Assembly: GCA_963785245.1 (NCBI GenBank)
Contig: CAWAUO010000022.1
Location: 2,334 to 66,333 of the forward strand
Length of the DNA: 64,000 nucleotides
Direction of reading: 5' to 3'
From: an uncultured Actinomycetota bacterium
Lineage (GTDB): Bacteria > Actinomycetota > Acidimicrobiia > Spongiisociales > UBA5794
Shown: positions 8,217 to 18,691 of the stretch, piece after piece
Layout of the letters: every line of letters starts with the position of its first letter
How positions within the stretch are numbered: the stretch's first letter is position 1
Translations under genes and position numbers: made by a program
The notes under the pieces: model-generated
The model's input: the letters and a program-made list of their open reading frames with translations, nothing else
Told to the model about the DNA's origin: nothing
Databases searched by the model: none

Positions 8217-11183
8217 GTGGCCTGGAGCAACGATCCAGAGATGCAGAAGATGTTCATCGACGAGGTGACGGAGCGATCCGCACGCCTTGTCGAGGGAGCA
8301 CAGGCGCTCCGGGCGGGAACCGTAACGCCCCAGGAAGCCGGCGACCTCCTCCGGGAGGGTCACACCATCAAGGGCACCGGGCGTGTCATGGGCTACGACG
8401 ATGTCGGGTCCGCTGGATTGATGCTCGAGATGATCTGGAGATGGATCCAGCAGGGTGAAATCACACCGGCGCCGCTCTTTGGCCGGGTGCTCGAAGCACT
8501 CAGCTCGGCAATCCCCTCGGCGCTCGACGATCCGGCTGGACTCTCAGACGCGATGGCCACCGTCCACGAGTTCTTCGAAGGCCAGGACTTGCCGGATGAA
8601 CTCCCTCCGGCTCCGCAGGTTGATGGAAGTGCGCCTGCCGTGCCGCAGCACGCGGATGTGCCTGGCGAGATGTTTGCCGAAGCACCAGCCGTTGAAGAAC
8701 TCTCCTCGTCACCGGCGATCGCAGACTATGCAGCGGAGCCTGTAGGCGAGGATGTCGAGCTCGCGGTGACCGAAGCGGATACCCCGTCCGGTGGGGGAGT
8801 GACGGAGCCGGTTATGTCGGCCCACGATGCGTTTGCTCAGCTTGCGGATGCTGTGTCTGATGAGGTGGCGGCAAAGCCGGTTGTGTCGGCCCACGATGCG
8901 TTTGCTCAGCTTGCGCATGCAGGGGGCGAAGCCGGCGAACCCGAACCGTTCGTTGATGAGGCAACGGAGCCACCGGTGCTTGCCGTTGCCGAGGAGGATT
9001 CGGCGTCGGACATGACCGCTGCCGAAGATCCGACCGGCGAAGAGACCGTAGATCCAGCCCGTTCGGCCCAGGACGCCTTCGCTGCACTCCGCCGATCGAT
9101 GATGCAAGAAGATGCCGTTGTCACGATCGCCGCTGAACCGGGGGACCACACCGCTGCCGAACCCGAGGATGATGCCGAGGTAGCAACAGCCACTGTCGTG
9201 GACGCCGAGGCGGACGCTGAGACCGATATCGATGAGGGTCTTCCGTTCTCAATCCCTGACAGCGTCGAAGCCACCACAGACGAACCCGAGGACGCGGCCG
9301 ACGACGAACCGCCGGTCGAGGCCGGCGAACACGGGAGCCAGCAAGCGGACGGGGACTCGGGAGAGCCGCCGATTGGCGCGCTGATTGAGTTTCCGATCTC
9401 CGACGGCGAGGGCGTTGACGCGACGGACACAGACGACGCACCGCACCCAGAAGCGGGCGATGCTGCCGCCTCCGGCGACGGTCCGGATGTCGTGGCTCTG
9501 CCATCGAACAAGCGACCGGCCCCACGGAGCACGATGGACTCCGCTGATCTCGGCGGTCTCGTCAAGGCCGTCCAGACTTGGGCTGCCGAGGAGGCGATCG
9601 CCGTCAACACCGGCCGCCTCTACGAACTCGTCAACCACATTGTTTCGCTCCGCATGGACGTGGAGGCCGTGAAAGATCAACTCGCCGAGTTTGCTGAGGT
9701 CGCAGCCGCCGATCCGTTCTTCTCAGACCGCGTATCAAACATCTCTCAAGGGGTCGAGCCCGTCTCGTCGGCATCTGAACTGATCGAGTCCAAGGCGCTC
9801 GCCCTCGCGGCTGCGCCCCTCAAGGACGTGACGAATACGCTTCCCCAACTCGGCCGATATCTCAGCCGGAAAACCGGCAAGGAATTGCGCGTCGAAATCT
9901 TGGGCGACGACATCCTCGTTGACCGGCAGGTGCTCGATCGCATGGGAGACGCGATGCGGCAACTCATTGTCAACTCCGCGGTGCACGGCATCGAAGATGT
10001 CGACACAAGGCTCGGCGCAGGCAAGCCAGGCACGGGCACGATTCGCATCGAGGCGAAGCAATCCGATGTCAACCTCGAAGTAGCCGTCACGGATGACGGC
10101 CGCGGCATCGATTGGCGCGCCATCCGGGAGAAAGGTCTCTCCCAGGGGCTTCTCGACGCGTCGGTAGAATTGGCACCAGACGCGCTGAGATCACTGCTCT
10201 ATCGGAACGGCTTCACCACTCGCGAAGCTGCCGACGAATTGGCTGGAGACGGCGACGGTCTCGCGGTCGTTCGCGAAGCGATGGAGTCGCTGAATGGATC
10301 GCTCCGTGTTGAGAGCACACCCAAGGAGGAGACCCGAATCACGCTGGTCGTCCCAGTCCACCAGGCGATGCAGAAGGCACTGCTGGTGAAGACCGGAGGG
10401 ATCATCTGGGGAATCCCCGAGACCGGAGTGGTCGACGTCGTCGAGATGAACCTCGCAACGATCGCGGTTGCCGATCACACGACCGTCCTCGAGCGAGTCG
10501 ACGGAGATGTGCCGTTCGCCTCATTCGCCGACCTCATGGGATTGTCGACCGACGCAGTGCCTACGTCGATTGTTGTTGCCACGAGTGCGGCCGGACCGGT
10601 TGCGCTGGGTGTCGAAGAAGTCATTGGCGTCCGACGCGTGGCTGCCAAGGAACTCGGTGCGGTCCTTGCTGATGCACAGGCTGAAGAGGTGACCGGCGCT
10701 GCACTTCTCGGGGGCGAACAGGTCGTGCTCCTCGTCGACCCGACCCGCCTCGCTGAGCGGCAGCGCGCGGTCGCAATCGAAGAGCCCGCTTTGCCTGCTG
10801 CCAGGGTTCTCATCGTTGACGATTCCGTCGGCGTTCAGCAGGTCGTGTCCTCGGCCCTCGCCACGAGCGGTTTCAACACCGTGGTCGCTGCGAGCGTCGC
10901 CGACGCCCTCGGATCGCTGCACTCAGGCTCGATCGATGCGGTCGTGGTCGACTTCTCGATGCCACGAGCCGACGGTGTGGCGCTTGCTCACATGGTCCGC
11001 CAGCGGCACGGTGCTCTTCCCATCGTCATGCTGTCTGGAGTCGCCGAGGGAGACGACGTCGAGCGTGCCCGCGAGGCCGGCGTCGACGCCTTCTTCAGCA
11101 AAGCCGACTTCCGCGAAGGTGGGCTCGCTGAGAAGCTCCGCGAGTTGATCATCCTCCGCCGCGAGAAGGAACAGACGGCGTAG
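8217..11183 (+). CDS. CheA-like hybrid chemosensory kinase (Hpt - acidic linker - HATPase - CheW - REC)
   Basis: Hpt LLREGHTIKG, LIVNSAVHGIE, VTDDGRGID, CheW-like VEEVIGVRRVAAK, C-terminal receiver VLIVDDS...VVVDFSMP. Confidence 0.85.
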   Translation: MAWSNDPEMQKMFIDEVTERSARLVEGAQALRAGTVTPQEAGDLLREGHTIKGTGRVMGYDDVGSAGLMLEMIWRWIQQGEITPAPLFGRVLEALSSAIPSALDDPAGLSDAMATVHEFFEGQDLPDELPPAPQVDGSAPAVPQHADVPGEMFAEAPAVEELSSSPAIADYAAEPVGEDVELAVTEADTPSGGGVTEPVMSAHDAFAQLADAVSDEVAAKPVVSAHDAFAQLAHAGGEAGEPEPFVDEATEPPVLAVAEEDSASDMTAAEDPTGEETVDPARSAQDAFAALRRSMMQEDAVVTIAAEPGDHTAAEPEDDAEVATATVVDAEADAETDIDEGLPFSIPDSVEATTDEPEDAADDEPPVEAGEHGSQQADGDSGEPPIGALIEFPISDGEGVDATDTDDAPHPEAGDAAASGDGPDVVALPSNKRPAPRSTMDSADLGGLVKAVQTWAAEEAIAVNTGRLYELVNHIVSLRMDVEAVKDQLAEFAEVAAADPFFSDRVSNISQGVEPVSSASELIESKALALAAAPLKDVTNTLPQLGRYLSRKTGKELRVEILGDDILVDRQVLDRMGDAMRQLIVNSAVHGIEDVDTRLGAGKPGTGTIRIEAKQSDVNLEVAVTDDGRGIDWRAIREKGLSQGLLDASVELAPDALRSLLYRNGFTTREAADELAGDGDGLAVVREAMESLNGSLRVESTPKEETRITLVVPVHQAMQKALLVKTGGIIWGIPETGVVDVVEMNLATIAVADHTTVLERVDGDVPFASFADLMGLSTDAVPTSIVVATSAAGPVALGVEEVIGVRRVAAKELGAVLADAQAEEVTGAALLGGEQVVLLVDPTRLAERQRAVAIEEPALPAARVLIVDDSVGVQQVVSSALATSGFNTVVAASVADALGSLHSGSIDAVVVDFSMPRADGVALAHMVRQRHGALPIVMLSGVAEGDDVERAREAGVDAFFSKADFREGGLAEKLRELIILRREKEQTA

Positions 11184-11398
11184 GGCTTCCGCCGGTCGCC
11201 GGCGCGAGCAATCAATCTCTTGGCAGTTGCGCGACCCGTGGCGAACGCAGCCCCCTCCGCCGCGCTCCGGCCGAGCGGTCGGTGGTCGCGCCTCCCCACT
11301 GCGTGGGAGAGGCGAAGAAGATGCACTCCGCTACTCGGCTACTCCGCTACTTACCTCTGTGTAGTTCGCGCACACGGCACCGGTACACTCCGGGCCCG

Positions 11399-13579
11399 AT
11401 GCCCGAATCCACCCTTCTCGAGAGTCTCAATCCGTCGCAGCGGCACGCCGTGGCGGCCACCGATGGGCCGGTGCTGGTCGTGGCCGGTGCCGGATCGGGG
11501 AAGACCCGAGTCCTGACCTACCGCATCGCGCACCTCATCCGTGACCTCGGCGTGTCTCCGTACTCGATCCTCGCCATCACGTTTACGAACAAGGCAGCGA
11601 GCGAGATGAAGGATCGGGTCTTTGACCTGGTCGGACGGGTTGCGGACGGGATGTGGGTCTCGACGTTCCACAGTGCCTGCGTACGGATCCTCCGCAGAGA
11701 GGCGCCGCGTCTCGGCTACCGGTCATCGTTCTCCATCTACGACGACGCCGACTCGGTGCGACTCGTCACGATGTGCATTCGGGATCTCGACATGGATCCG
11801 AAGAACTTCCCTCCGAAGGTGATCCGCGCCGCGATCTCGAACGCCAAGAACGAACTCATCGACTACGAGACCTTCGGCTCCAGCGGTGAAGGTTTCTATC
11901 ACGAGAAAGTGTCGGACGTCTATCGCCTCTACCAGCAGCGCCTCGTCGAGGCGTCGGCCGTCGACTTCGATGACATCCTGATGCTCACTGTGGACATCTT
12001 CCGGGCGTTCCCCGAGGTGCTCGCTCAGTATCAGCAGCGCTTCCAGTACCTCCTCGTCGATGAGTACCAGGACACGAACCACGCCCAGTACATGCTCGTG
12101 AAACTCCTCGCCGGCGCCCATCGCAACATCTTCGTCGTTGGTGATGCCGACCAGTCGGTGTACACGTTCCGCGGCGCCGATATGCGCAACATCCTCGATT
12201 TTGAGAAGGACTACCGCGACGCAACCGTCGTGCTCCTCGAACAGAACTATCGCTCGACCCAGACGATTCTCGATGCTGCGAATGCGGTGATCAGCAACAA
12301 CGACTCGAGGAAGCCGAAGCGCCTCTGGACCGACGAAGGAGAGGGCGAACCGATCGCCACCTTCGAGGCCAAGGATGAGCAGGATGAGGCGGCCTTCATT
12401 GCAGATCGGATCCGGAGTCTCGAGTCCGATGGTATGGCGCTCTCCGATGTGGCGGTCTTCTATCGCACGAACGCTCAGAGCCGTGTGATCGAGGAGGTCT
12501 TCGTCCGATACGGCGTCCCCTATCAGGTCGTCGGCGGCCTGAAGTACTACGACCGCCGAGAGGTCAAGGACGCCATCGCCTACCTCCGGGGGGTCGTCAA
12601 CCCGGACGACCAGGTTGCCTTGAAGCGCATCATCAACGTGCCGAAGCGCGCCATCGGGGATACCAGCGTCGCCCACGTCGACCGGTTCGCGGAATCGCAC
12701 GGCATCGGCTTCTTCGAGGCACTCCGGCGCGTCGAAGAGAATCCTCGGCTCACCGCACGTGCCCAGCGCTCGATTGAGGAGTTCGTCTCACTGATGGACC
12801 ATCTCACCGAACAGGCCGCGGATGGGCCGGCTGCAGCCATCGATGCCGTCCTGGACCAGACCGGCTACCTCGATATGATCCGCTCCGATCGGTCGATTGA
12901 GGCCATGGGACGCGAGGAGAATCTCAGGGAACTCGCATCGGCTGTCGCCGAGTTCGAAGAGATCGGTCCCGCGTCCATGGGCCCCGGGGAGTGGGCTGAA
13001 CTCAGCCCCATGGACAAGCTGGGCCTATTCCTCGAGTCGATCAGCCTCGTTGCCGACATCGACGCCTATGAGGATCGGGACATGGTCACGCTGATGACGC
13101 TCCACAACGCCAAGGGCCTCGAATTTCCCGTCGTCTTCATCACGGGCATGGAGGACGGCGTGTTCCCCCACATGCGGTCCCTGGGGAACAAGACCGAACT
13201 CGAGGAGGAGCGACGCCTCTGCTACGTCGGCATTACCCGGGCAGAGCAGCGACTTCACCTGACCAGAGCGTGGAGTCGCAGTCTGTGGGGCCAGTCGCAG
13301 TACAACGGGCCGAGCCGGTTCCTCGGCGAGATTCCCGGTCAGCTCATCACCAGTGTCAAGCGGTCGCGCTTCTCAGATCAGCGTCCGGCCGCCGAAACGC
13401 GAGCCTCTCTCAGCGATGGCGAGATCACAGCCGGCGACCGTGTGCGGCACGCCCATTGGGGACAAGGCGTGGTGGTGGAGATCGTCGGGAGAGGCGATGC
13501 CGCAGAAGCCACCGTCGCTTTCGAAGGGATGGGGGAGAAGCGACTCCTGCTGGCATGGGCCCCCCTCGAGAAGGCGTGA
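11399..13579 (+). CDS. pcrA: ATP-dependent DNA helicase PcrA/UvrD
   Basis: AGAGSGKT, LVDEYQDTN, VGDADQSVYTFRGA, LEQNYRS, TLHNAKGLEF, EEERRLCYVGITRA; C-terminal Tudor-like domain; start moved to ATG 11399. Confidence 0.95.
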   Translation: MPESTLLESLNPSQRHAVAATDGPVLVVAGAGSGKTRVLTYRIAHLIRDLGVSPYSILAITFTNKAASEMKDRVFDLVGRVADGMWVSTFHSACVRILRREAPRLGYRSSFSIYDDADSVRLVTMCIRDLDMDPKNFPPKVIRAAISNAKNELIDYETFGSSGEGFYHEKVSDVYRLYQQRLVEASAVDFDDILMLTVDIFRAFPEVLAQYQQRFQYLLVDEYQDTNHAQYMLVKLLAGAHRNIFVVGDADQSVYTFRGADMRNILDFEKDYRDATVVLLEQNYRSTQTILDAANAVISNNDSRKPKRLWTDEGEGEPIATFEAKDEQDEAAFIADRIRSLESDGMALSDVAVFYRTNAQSRVIEEVFVRYGVPYQVVGGLKYYDRREVKDAIAYLRGVVNPDDQVALKRIINVPKRAIGDTSVAHVDRFAESHGIGFFEALRRVEENPRLTARAQRSIEEFVSLMDHLTEQAADGPAAAIDAVLDQTGYLDMIRSDRSIEAMGREENLRELASAVAEFEEIGPASMGPGEWAELSPMDKLGLFLESISLVADIDAYEDRDMVTLMTLHNAKGLEFPVVFITGMEDGVFPHMRSLGNKTELEEERRLCYVGITRAEQRLHLTRAWSRSLWGQSQYNGPSRFLGEIPGQLITSVKRSRFSDQRPAAETRASLSDGEITAGDRVRHAHWGQGVVVEIVGRGDAAEATVAFEGMGEKRLLLAWAPLEKA

Positions 13580-13700
13580 CAGCGGGTCGCCGGGACGGGG
13601 GAAGCAAGCGAACGACCAAGGCGCCAGCGCATCGCGCGCCGCCAGAGTCTTCTCGTTTGGATTGGGGCTGTTCTTCGGTGAGGCGCCTACCATCAGAATC

Positions 13701-15128
13701 GTGACCACTGATCTGCCGATTCTCATCCAGGGCGGCATGGGAGTCGGCGTCTCCGACTGGCGCCTGGCGCGCACCGTGTCGAAGGCCGGGCAGATGGGCG
13801 TTGTTTCCGGAACCGGCCTCGATGCTCTTTACCTGCGCCGTCTGCAGGACGGCGATCCCGGCGGCCACATGCGTCGCGCCATGGCGGCCTTCCCGATGGA
13901 AGGCGTCATCGACCGGATCCTCGATACCTACTTCATCGAGGGAGGCAAGGCGCCGGGCGACCGATACAAGGCGAAACCGATGCCCCGCGTTGACCCATCC
14001 GAGAAGGCGCTCGATCTCATGGTGGTCGGCAATTTCGTCGAGGTCTATCTCGCAAAGGAGGGCCACGACGGCGTCGTCGGAATCAACTACCTCGAGAAGA
14101 TCCAGACGCCCCACCTCGCTTCGATGTACGGCGCCATGCTCGCCGACGTCGACTACGTGTTGATGGGTGCAGGAATCCCGATGGCGATTCCAGGGATTCT
14201 CGATCGACTCCATGAGGGGCTGCCCGTCGAGTACCGGCTGGACGTGAAGGGAGCCGAACGCGGCGAAGCGTTCACTACGGAGTTTGACCCGGCGACCTTC
14301 GGTGACGGGAGCCTGCCGCCGGCCCCGCGCCCGGCATTCCTCGCGATCGTGTCGTCGCACGTGCTTGGCACGGCGCTGGTGAGGAAGGCGAGCGGCCGGG
14401 TCGACGGATTCGTCATCGAAGGCCCAACCGCCGGCGGCCACAACGCCCCGCCGCGCGGAAAGATGGAACTCAACGACATCGGCGAGCCGGTCTACGGGCG
14501 CCGGGATGTGCCGGACCTCGACGTGTTCCGCGAGCTCGGTCTCCCGTTCTGGCTTGCCGGCGGGTATGCAGAGCCTGAGCAGATCGCTGCGGCGCTTGAC
14601 CTCGGCGCTGCCGGCGTCCAGGTCGGCACGGCGTTCGCCTACTGCGAGGAGTCCGGCTTCAAGGCCGACACGAAGCGCGAGATTCTCGAACTCAGCAAGG
14701 CCGGCCGGGCCAAGATCTACACCGACCCGGTTGCATCGCCGACCGGCTTCCCATTCAAGGTCGTGGAGCTCGAGGACAGCATGTCCAACCCGGTGGTCTA
14801 CGAGAAGCGCTCACGCATCTGCGATCTGGGGTATCTTCGAACGGCCTACCGCCGTGACGACGGCACCGTCGGATGGCGGTGCCCGTCCGAACCGGTCGAC
14901 GACTATGTCCGCAAAGGCGGAGCCGTGGAAGACACCGTTGGGCGGAAGTGTCTGTGCAACGCTCTGATCGCCAACATCGGCTTCCCACAGACGCAGCGGA
15001 ATGGCGATGTCGAGCAGGAACTCATCACGTCGGGGGACGACGTTGCCGACGTCGCCCGCTTCCTCCCCGAAGGCCGCGACACCTACTCGGCGCTCGACGT
15101 CATCGCCTACCTGCTTCCGTCGGCGTAG
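13701..15128 (+). CDS. Nitronate monooxygenase/FabK-like flavoprotein with Cys-rich C-terminus
   Basis: [37 protein letters not shown]; four Cys near C-terminus. Confidence 0.8.
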   Translation: MTTDLPILIQGGMGVGVSDWRLARTVSKAGQMGVVSGTGLDALYLRRLQDGDPGGHMRRAMAAFPMEGVIDRILDTYFIEGGKAPGDRYKAKPMPRVDPSEKALDLMVVGNFVEVYLAKEGHDGVVGINYLEKIQTPHLASMYGAMLADVDYVLMGAGIPMAIPGILDRLHEGLPVEYRLDVKGAERGEAFTTEFDPATFGDGSLPPAPRPAFLAIVSSHVLGTALVRKASGRVDGFVIEGPTAGGHNAPPRGKMELNDIGEPVYGRRDVPDLDVFRELGLPFWLAGGYAEPEQIAAALDLGAAGVQVGTAFAYCEESGFKADTKREILELSKAGRAKIYTDPVASPTGFPFKVVELEDSMSNPVVYEKRSRICDLGYLRTAYRRDDGTVGWRCPSEPVDDYVRKGGAVEDTVGRKCLCNALIANIGFPQTQRNGDVEQELITSGDDVADVARFLPEGRDTYSALDVIAYLLPSA

Positions 15129-15198
15129 GCCGGCGCAGTCCAGGGGAGAACCGGCGTCTCGGAACCTCCGTGAGCGATGGCGGCTACCCTTTCCCGCG

Positions 15199-15591
15199 AT
15201 GCCGCCACGGATCCTGATTGCCAAACCGGGCCTCGATGGCCACGACCGCGGAGCGAAGGTCGTTGCACGTGCCCTGCGTGATGCAGGCTGTGAGGTCATC
15301 TACACCGGTCTCCACCAGACACCGGCACAGATTGCTCAGGCGGCCGTCGACGAGGATGTCGACGGAGTCGGGCTCTCCACGCTCTCGGGGGCCCATATGA
15401 CCCTGTTCCCGCGCGTCGTCGAGGCGCTCAGGGAACACGATGCTGGCGACATCGTGGTCTTCGGCGGCGGGATCATTCCCGACGAAGATCTGCCCGCGCT
15501 TCAGGAAGCTGGTGTCGCCGCCGTCTTCACGCCGGGGACCTCGCTTGACGACATCGAAGCGTGGGTTGCCGGCAACCTCTCAGATCGCTGA
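15199..15591 (+). CDS. Stand-alone cobalamin-binding subunit of acyl-CoA mutase (methylmalonyl/isobutyryl-CoA mutase small subunit)
   Basis: [13 protein letters not shown] DxHxxG motif, [16 protein letters not shown]. Confidence 0.9.
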   Translation: MPPRILIAKPGLDGHDRGAKVVARALRDAGCEVIYTGLHQTPAQIAQAAVDEDVDGVGLSTLSGAHMTLFPRVVEALREHDAGDIVVFGGGIIPDEDLPALQEAGVAAVFTPGTSLDDIEAWVAGNLSDR

Positions 15592-15621
15592 ACCAGTAAC
15601 GACAAACGGAGGACGATCCTC

Positions 15622-16845
15622 TTGAAGATCCATGAGTATCAGGCGAAAGCCCTGATGGCCGACCGCGGCATCGCGGTCCCGCTCGGCCGCGTCGCCACCA
15701 CGGTTGGCGAAGCCGTTGCCGCGGTGGGCCCGCTGATCGAAGCAAGCGGTAATCCTGTCGTCGTCGTGAAATCCCAGATTCACGCCGGCGGCCGTGGAAA
15801 GGGCCGCTTCAAGGAACACCCCGACCTCGGAGGTGTCACCGTCGTCACCGAAGGAATCGACGGCGGCATCGGCGCCGCTGAAGAACGCGTTCGCGAGCTC
15901 GCAAGCCAGATGCTCGGTTCGACGCTCGTCACGATCCAGACCGGGCCCGAAGGCAAGCAGGTCAACCGCTTGTACATCGAGCAGGGCATCGATATCGCGA
16001 CCGAGTTGTATCTGTCGGTGCTCCTCGATCGGGCCACCTCCCGCAATATCGTCATGGCCTCAACCGAGGGCGGGACCGAGATCGAGGTTGTAGCCGAGGA
16101 GACGCCAGACAGGATCCTCAGAGAAGAGATCGACCCGGCGTTCGGTCTGCTGCCGTTCCAGGCCCGGCGGATTGCGCACGCGCTCGGTTTCGAAGGAGAC
16201 GCCTTCAAGAATGGCGTGCGATTCCTCGGTGCTCTCACGAAGGCAGCGGTCGAACTCGACACGGATCTCGTCGAGATCAACCCGTTGGTCGTCACCACCG
16301 ATGGAGCGGTGATGGCGCTCGACGGGAAGATGGCGTTCGAGGCGAACGCTCTGTTCCGCCACCCCGACGTTGCAGAACTCCGGGACGTGAGCGAGGAAGA
16401 TGCCGCAGAACTCGCTGCCAAAGAGTTCGATCTGTCGTTCATCAAGCTCGACGGCGACATCGGTTGCATGGTGAACGGCGCCGGTCTTGCCATGGCCACG
16501 ATGGACATCATCAAGACCGTCGGCGGAGAGCCGGCCAACTTCCTCGACGTCGGGGGAGGCGCAGAGAAGGAGCAGATCGCCGCTGCGTTCAAGATCATCA
16601 CGCAGGATCCCAACGTGAAGGGGATCTTCGTGAACATTTTCGGCGGCATCATGCGCTGCGACATCATTGCCGAAGGAATCATCGCTGCTGTTGAAGAAGT
16701 CGGCCTCACCGTTCCGCTCGTCGTGCGGCTTGAAGGGACCAATGTCGAACTCGGCAAGCGAATGCTCGACGAGTCGGGCCTCGACCTCGTGAGTGCCACG
16801 GACATGAAAGACGGAGCTCAGAAGATCCTGGAGTTGACGAGATGA
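15622..16845 (+). CDS. sucC: Succinyl-CoA synthetase beta subunit
   Basis: [50 protein letters not shown]. Confidence 0.97.
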   Translation: MKIHEYQAKALMADRGIAVPLGRVATTVGEAVAAVGPLIEASGNPVVVVKSQIHAGGRGKGRFKEHPDLGGVTVVTEGIDGGIGAAEERVRELASQMLGSTLVTIQTGPEGKQVNRLYIEQGIDIATELYLSVLLDRATSRNIVMASTEGGTEIEVVAEETPDRILREEIDPAFGLLPFQARRIAHALGFEGDAFKNGVRFLGALTKAAVELDTDLVEINPLVVTTDGAVMALDGKMAFEANALFRHPDVAELRDVSEEDAAELAAKEFDLSFIKLDGDIGCMVNGAGLAMATMDIIKTVGGEPANFLDVGGGAEKEQIAAAFKIITQDPNVKGIFVNIFGGIMRCDIIAEGIIAAVEEVGLTVPLVVRLEGTNVELGKRMLDESGLDLVSATDMKDGAQKILELTR

Positions 16846-17783
16846 GTGTGCTGATCGGGAACGACACGAGAGTCCTTGTTCAAGGCATGGGCAAGACCGG
16901 CAGATTCCACACCGACAAGGCAATCGCGTACGGAACCAACATGGTTGGTGCCGTGCATCCAAGCCGCGCAGGAGAGACCGAGGTCTTCGAGGGCGACGTC
17001 GATCAATCCGGGGTGCCGGGTCGAGGCGCTACCTACTCCGTGCAGGTGCCGATCTTCCGGAGCGTGGCCGATGCCGTCGCAGCGACCGATGCGAATGCCT
17101 CGGTCGTGTATGTGCCGCCGCCGTTTGCCGCGGACGCGATCATGGAGGCGGTGGACGCTGGTGTCCCGCTCATCGTGTGTGTCACGGAGGGGATTCCCGT
17201 TGCCGACATGGTGAAGGCCAAGCGCTACCTCGAGGGCAAGGATGTCCGTCTCGTTGGACCGAACTGCCCCGGGGTCATCACGCCGCAGGAGTGCAAGATC
17301 GGCATCATGCCCGGCTACATCCACACACCCGGCCGTATCGGCGTTGTCAGTCGCTCGGGAACGCTCACCTACGAGGCCGTATACCAGTTGACGCTGAACG
17401 GCCTCGGGCAGACCACGGCCATTGGGATCGGTGGCGATCCCGTCAACGGGACCAACTTCGTCGACTGTCTCAGATTGTTCAATGATGACCCCGCGACCGA
17501 CGGTGTTCTGATGATCGGTGAGATCGGAGGGACGGCCGAAGAGGACGCTGCCGAGTGGATCACGGCGAACATGTCCAAGCCGGTCGCCGGCTTCATTGCC
17601 GGCACCACCGCGCCGCCGGGGAAGCGGATGGGCCATGCCGGAGCGATCATCTCCGGCGGAAAGGGCACAGCTGACGCCAAGATCGCAGCCCTCGAAGCCG
17701 CAGGCGTCGTGATGGCCCCAACCCCAACCGACATGGGCACCGCGATGCAAGAAGCCATGGAGAAGGCAAGCCCTGGGTGGTGA
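16842..17783 (+). CDS. sucD: Succinyl-CoA synthetase alpha subunit
   Basis: [32 protein letters not shown]. Confidence 0.97.
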   Translation: MSVLIGNDTRVLVQGMGKTGRFHTDKAIAYGTNMVGAVHPSRAGETEVFEGDVDQSGVPGRGATYSVQVPIFRSVADAVAATDANASVVYVPPPFAADAIMEAVDAGVPLIVCVTEGIPVADMVKAKRYLEGKDVRLVGPNCPGVITPQECKIGIMPGYIHTPGRIGVVSRSGTLTYEAVYQLTLNGLGQTTAIGIGGDPVNGTNFVDCLRLFNDDPATDGVLMIGEIGGTAEEDAAEWITANMSKPVAGFIAGTTAPPGKRMGHAGAIISGGKGTADAKIAALEAAGVVMAPTPTDMGTAMQEAMEKASPGW

Positions 17784-17940
17784 AAGGTCGCCGGTCCCCA
17801 GTCGCCAGACGAGAGCTGAGACCGACGAGCTGCGAGCAAGATGAGGGCCGAGCCACGATCCAGCGCGATACACGTCGGCTCGCGGCTCATGGCCGGCTGG
17901 TGGCTCGTAGCTGCTCCGCTACTCGGCTACTTTGGTCCGT

Positions 17941-18630
17941 ATGAAGACGATCGGGATATTGGGCGGGATGAGTTGGGAATCATCCGTCGAGTATGAGCGG
18001 ATCATCAACACCGAGGTGCGGAGACGGCTCGGCGGGGCGCATTCGGCCGATCTGCTGATCCGGTCCTACGACTTCGCAGCTATCGAAGAACTGCAGGAGG
18101 CGAGTGATTGGGCGGGCGCAGGGCACCTACTCGCACGAGACGCTGCCCGGCTGGAAGCTGCCGGAGCCGACCTCATCGTGCTCGCCACCAACACGATGCA
18201 CAAGGTCGCTTCCGAGATCGAGGTCGCGATCGCCGTTCCGTTGCTCCACATCGCCGACGCCACCGCGGGGGCCATCCGAGACGAGGGGGTGACGTCCGTG
18301 GCGCTGCTCGGCACGAGATACACGATGGAGCAGGATTTCTATCGCGGCCGGCTCACGGCCCACGGCCTTGATGTGATCGTTCCGGACGGGGCAGACCGTA
18401 CATTCGTCCACGACGTGATATTCGACGAACTCGTGCAGGGGCGGATCGTCGATGCCTCGCGAGACCGATTCTTGGAGATCATCGGAGGACTCCACGAGCG
18501 GGGAGCCGAGGGTGTGATCGCCGGATGCACCGAGATCGAACTCCTCGTCACGCCGGACGCCGTCGATGGCCCATACTTCCCAACGACACAGATCCATGCA
18601 GTTGCAGCGGTTGATGCCGCGCTGGCCTGA
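17941..18630 (+). CDS. Aspartate/glutamate racemase family protein (YgeA/RacX-like)
   Basis: IGILGGMSWESS, LATNTMH, AGCTEI. Confidence 0.9.
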   Translation: MKTIGILGGMSWESSVEYERIINTEVRRRLGGAHSADLLIRSYDFAAIEELQEASDWAGAGHLLARDAARLEAAGADLIVLATNTMHKVASEIEVAIAVPLLHIADATAGAIRDEGVTSVALLGTRYTMEQDFYRGRLTAHGLDVIVPDGADRTFVHDVIFDELVQGRIVDASRDRFLEIIGGLHERGAEGVIAGCTEIELLVTPDAVDGPYFPTTQIHAVAAVDAALA

Positions 18631-18691
18631 GGACAAGGTCGACCACGCTGCTCGTTCCGGCGCGGGCGGTGGCACCTAAGATGCCGCGTCG

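Noticed and set aside
15199-15591. Orphan B12-binding mutase subunit as a novel system
   Set aside because: Split acyl-CoA mutases with a separately encoded small subunit are established in actinobacteria
18631-18691. ZTP riboswitch before purH
   Set aside because: Spacer is only about 60 bp; TAAGAT lies 9 nt before the ATG and no aptamer-like motif is seen
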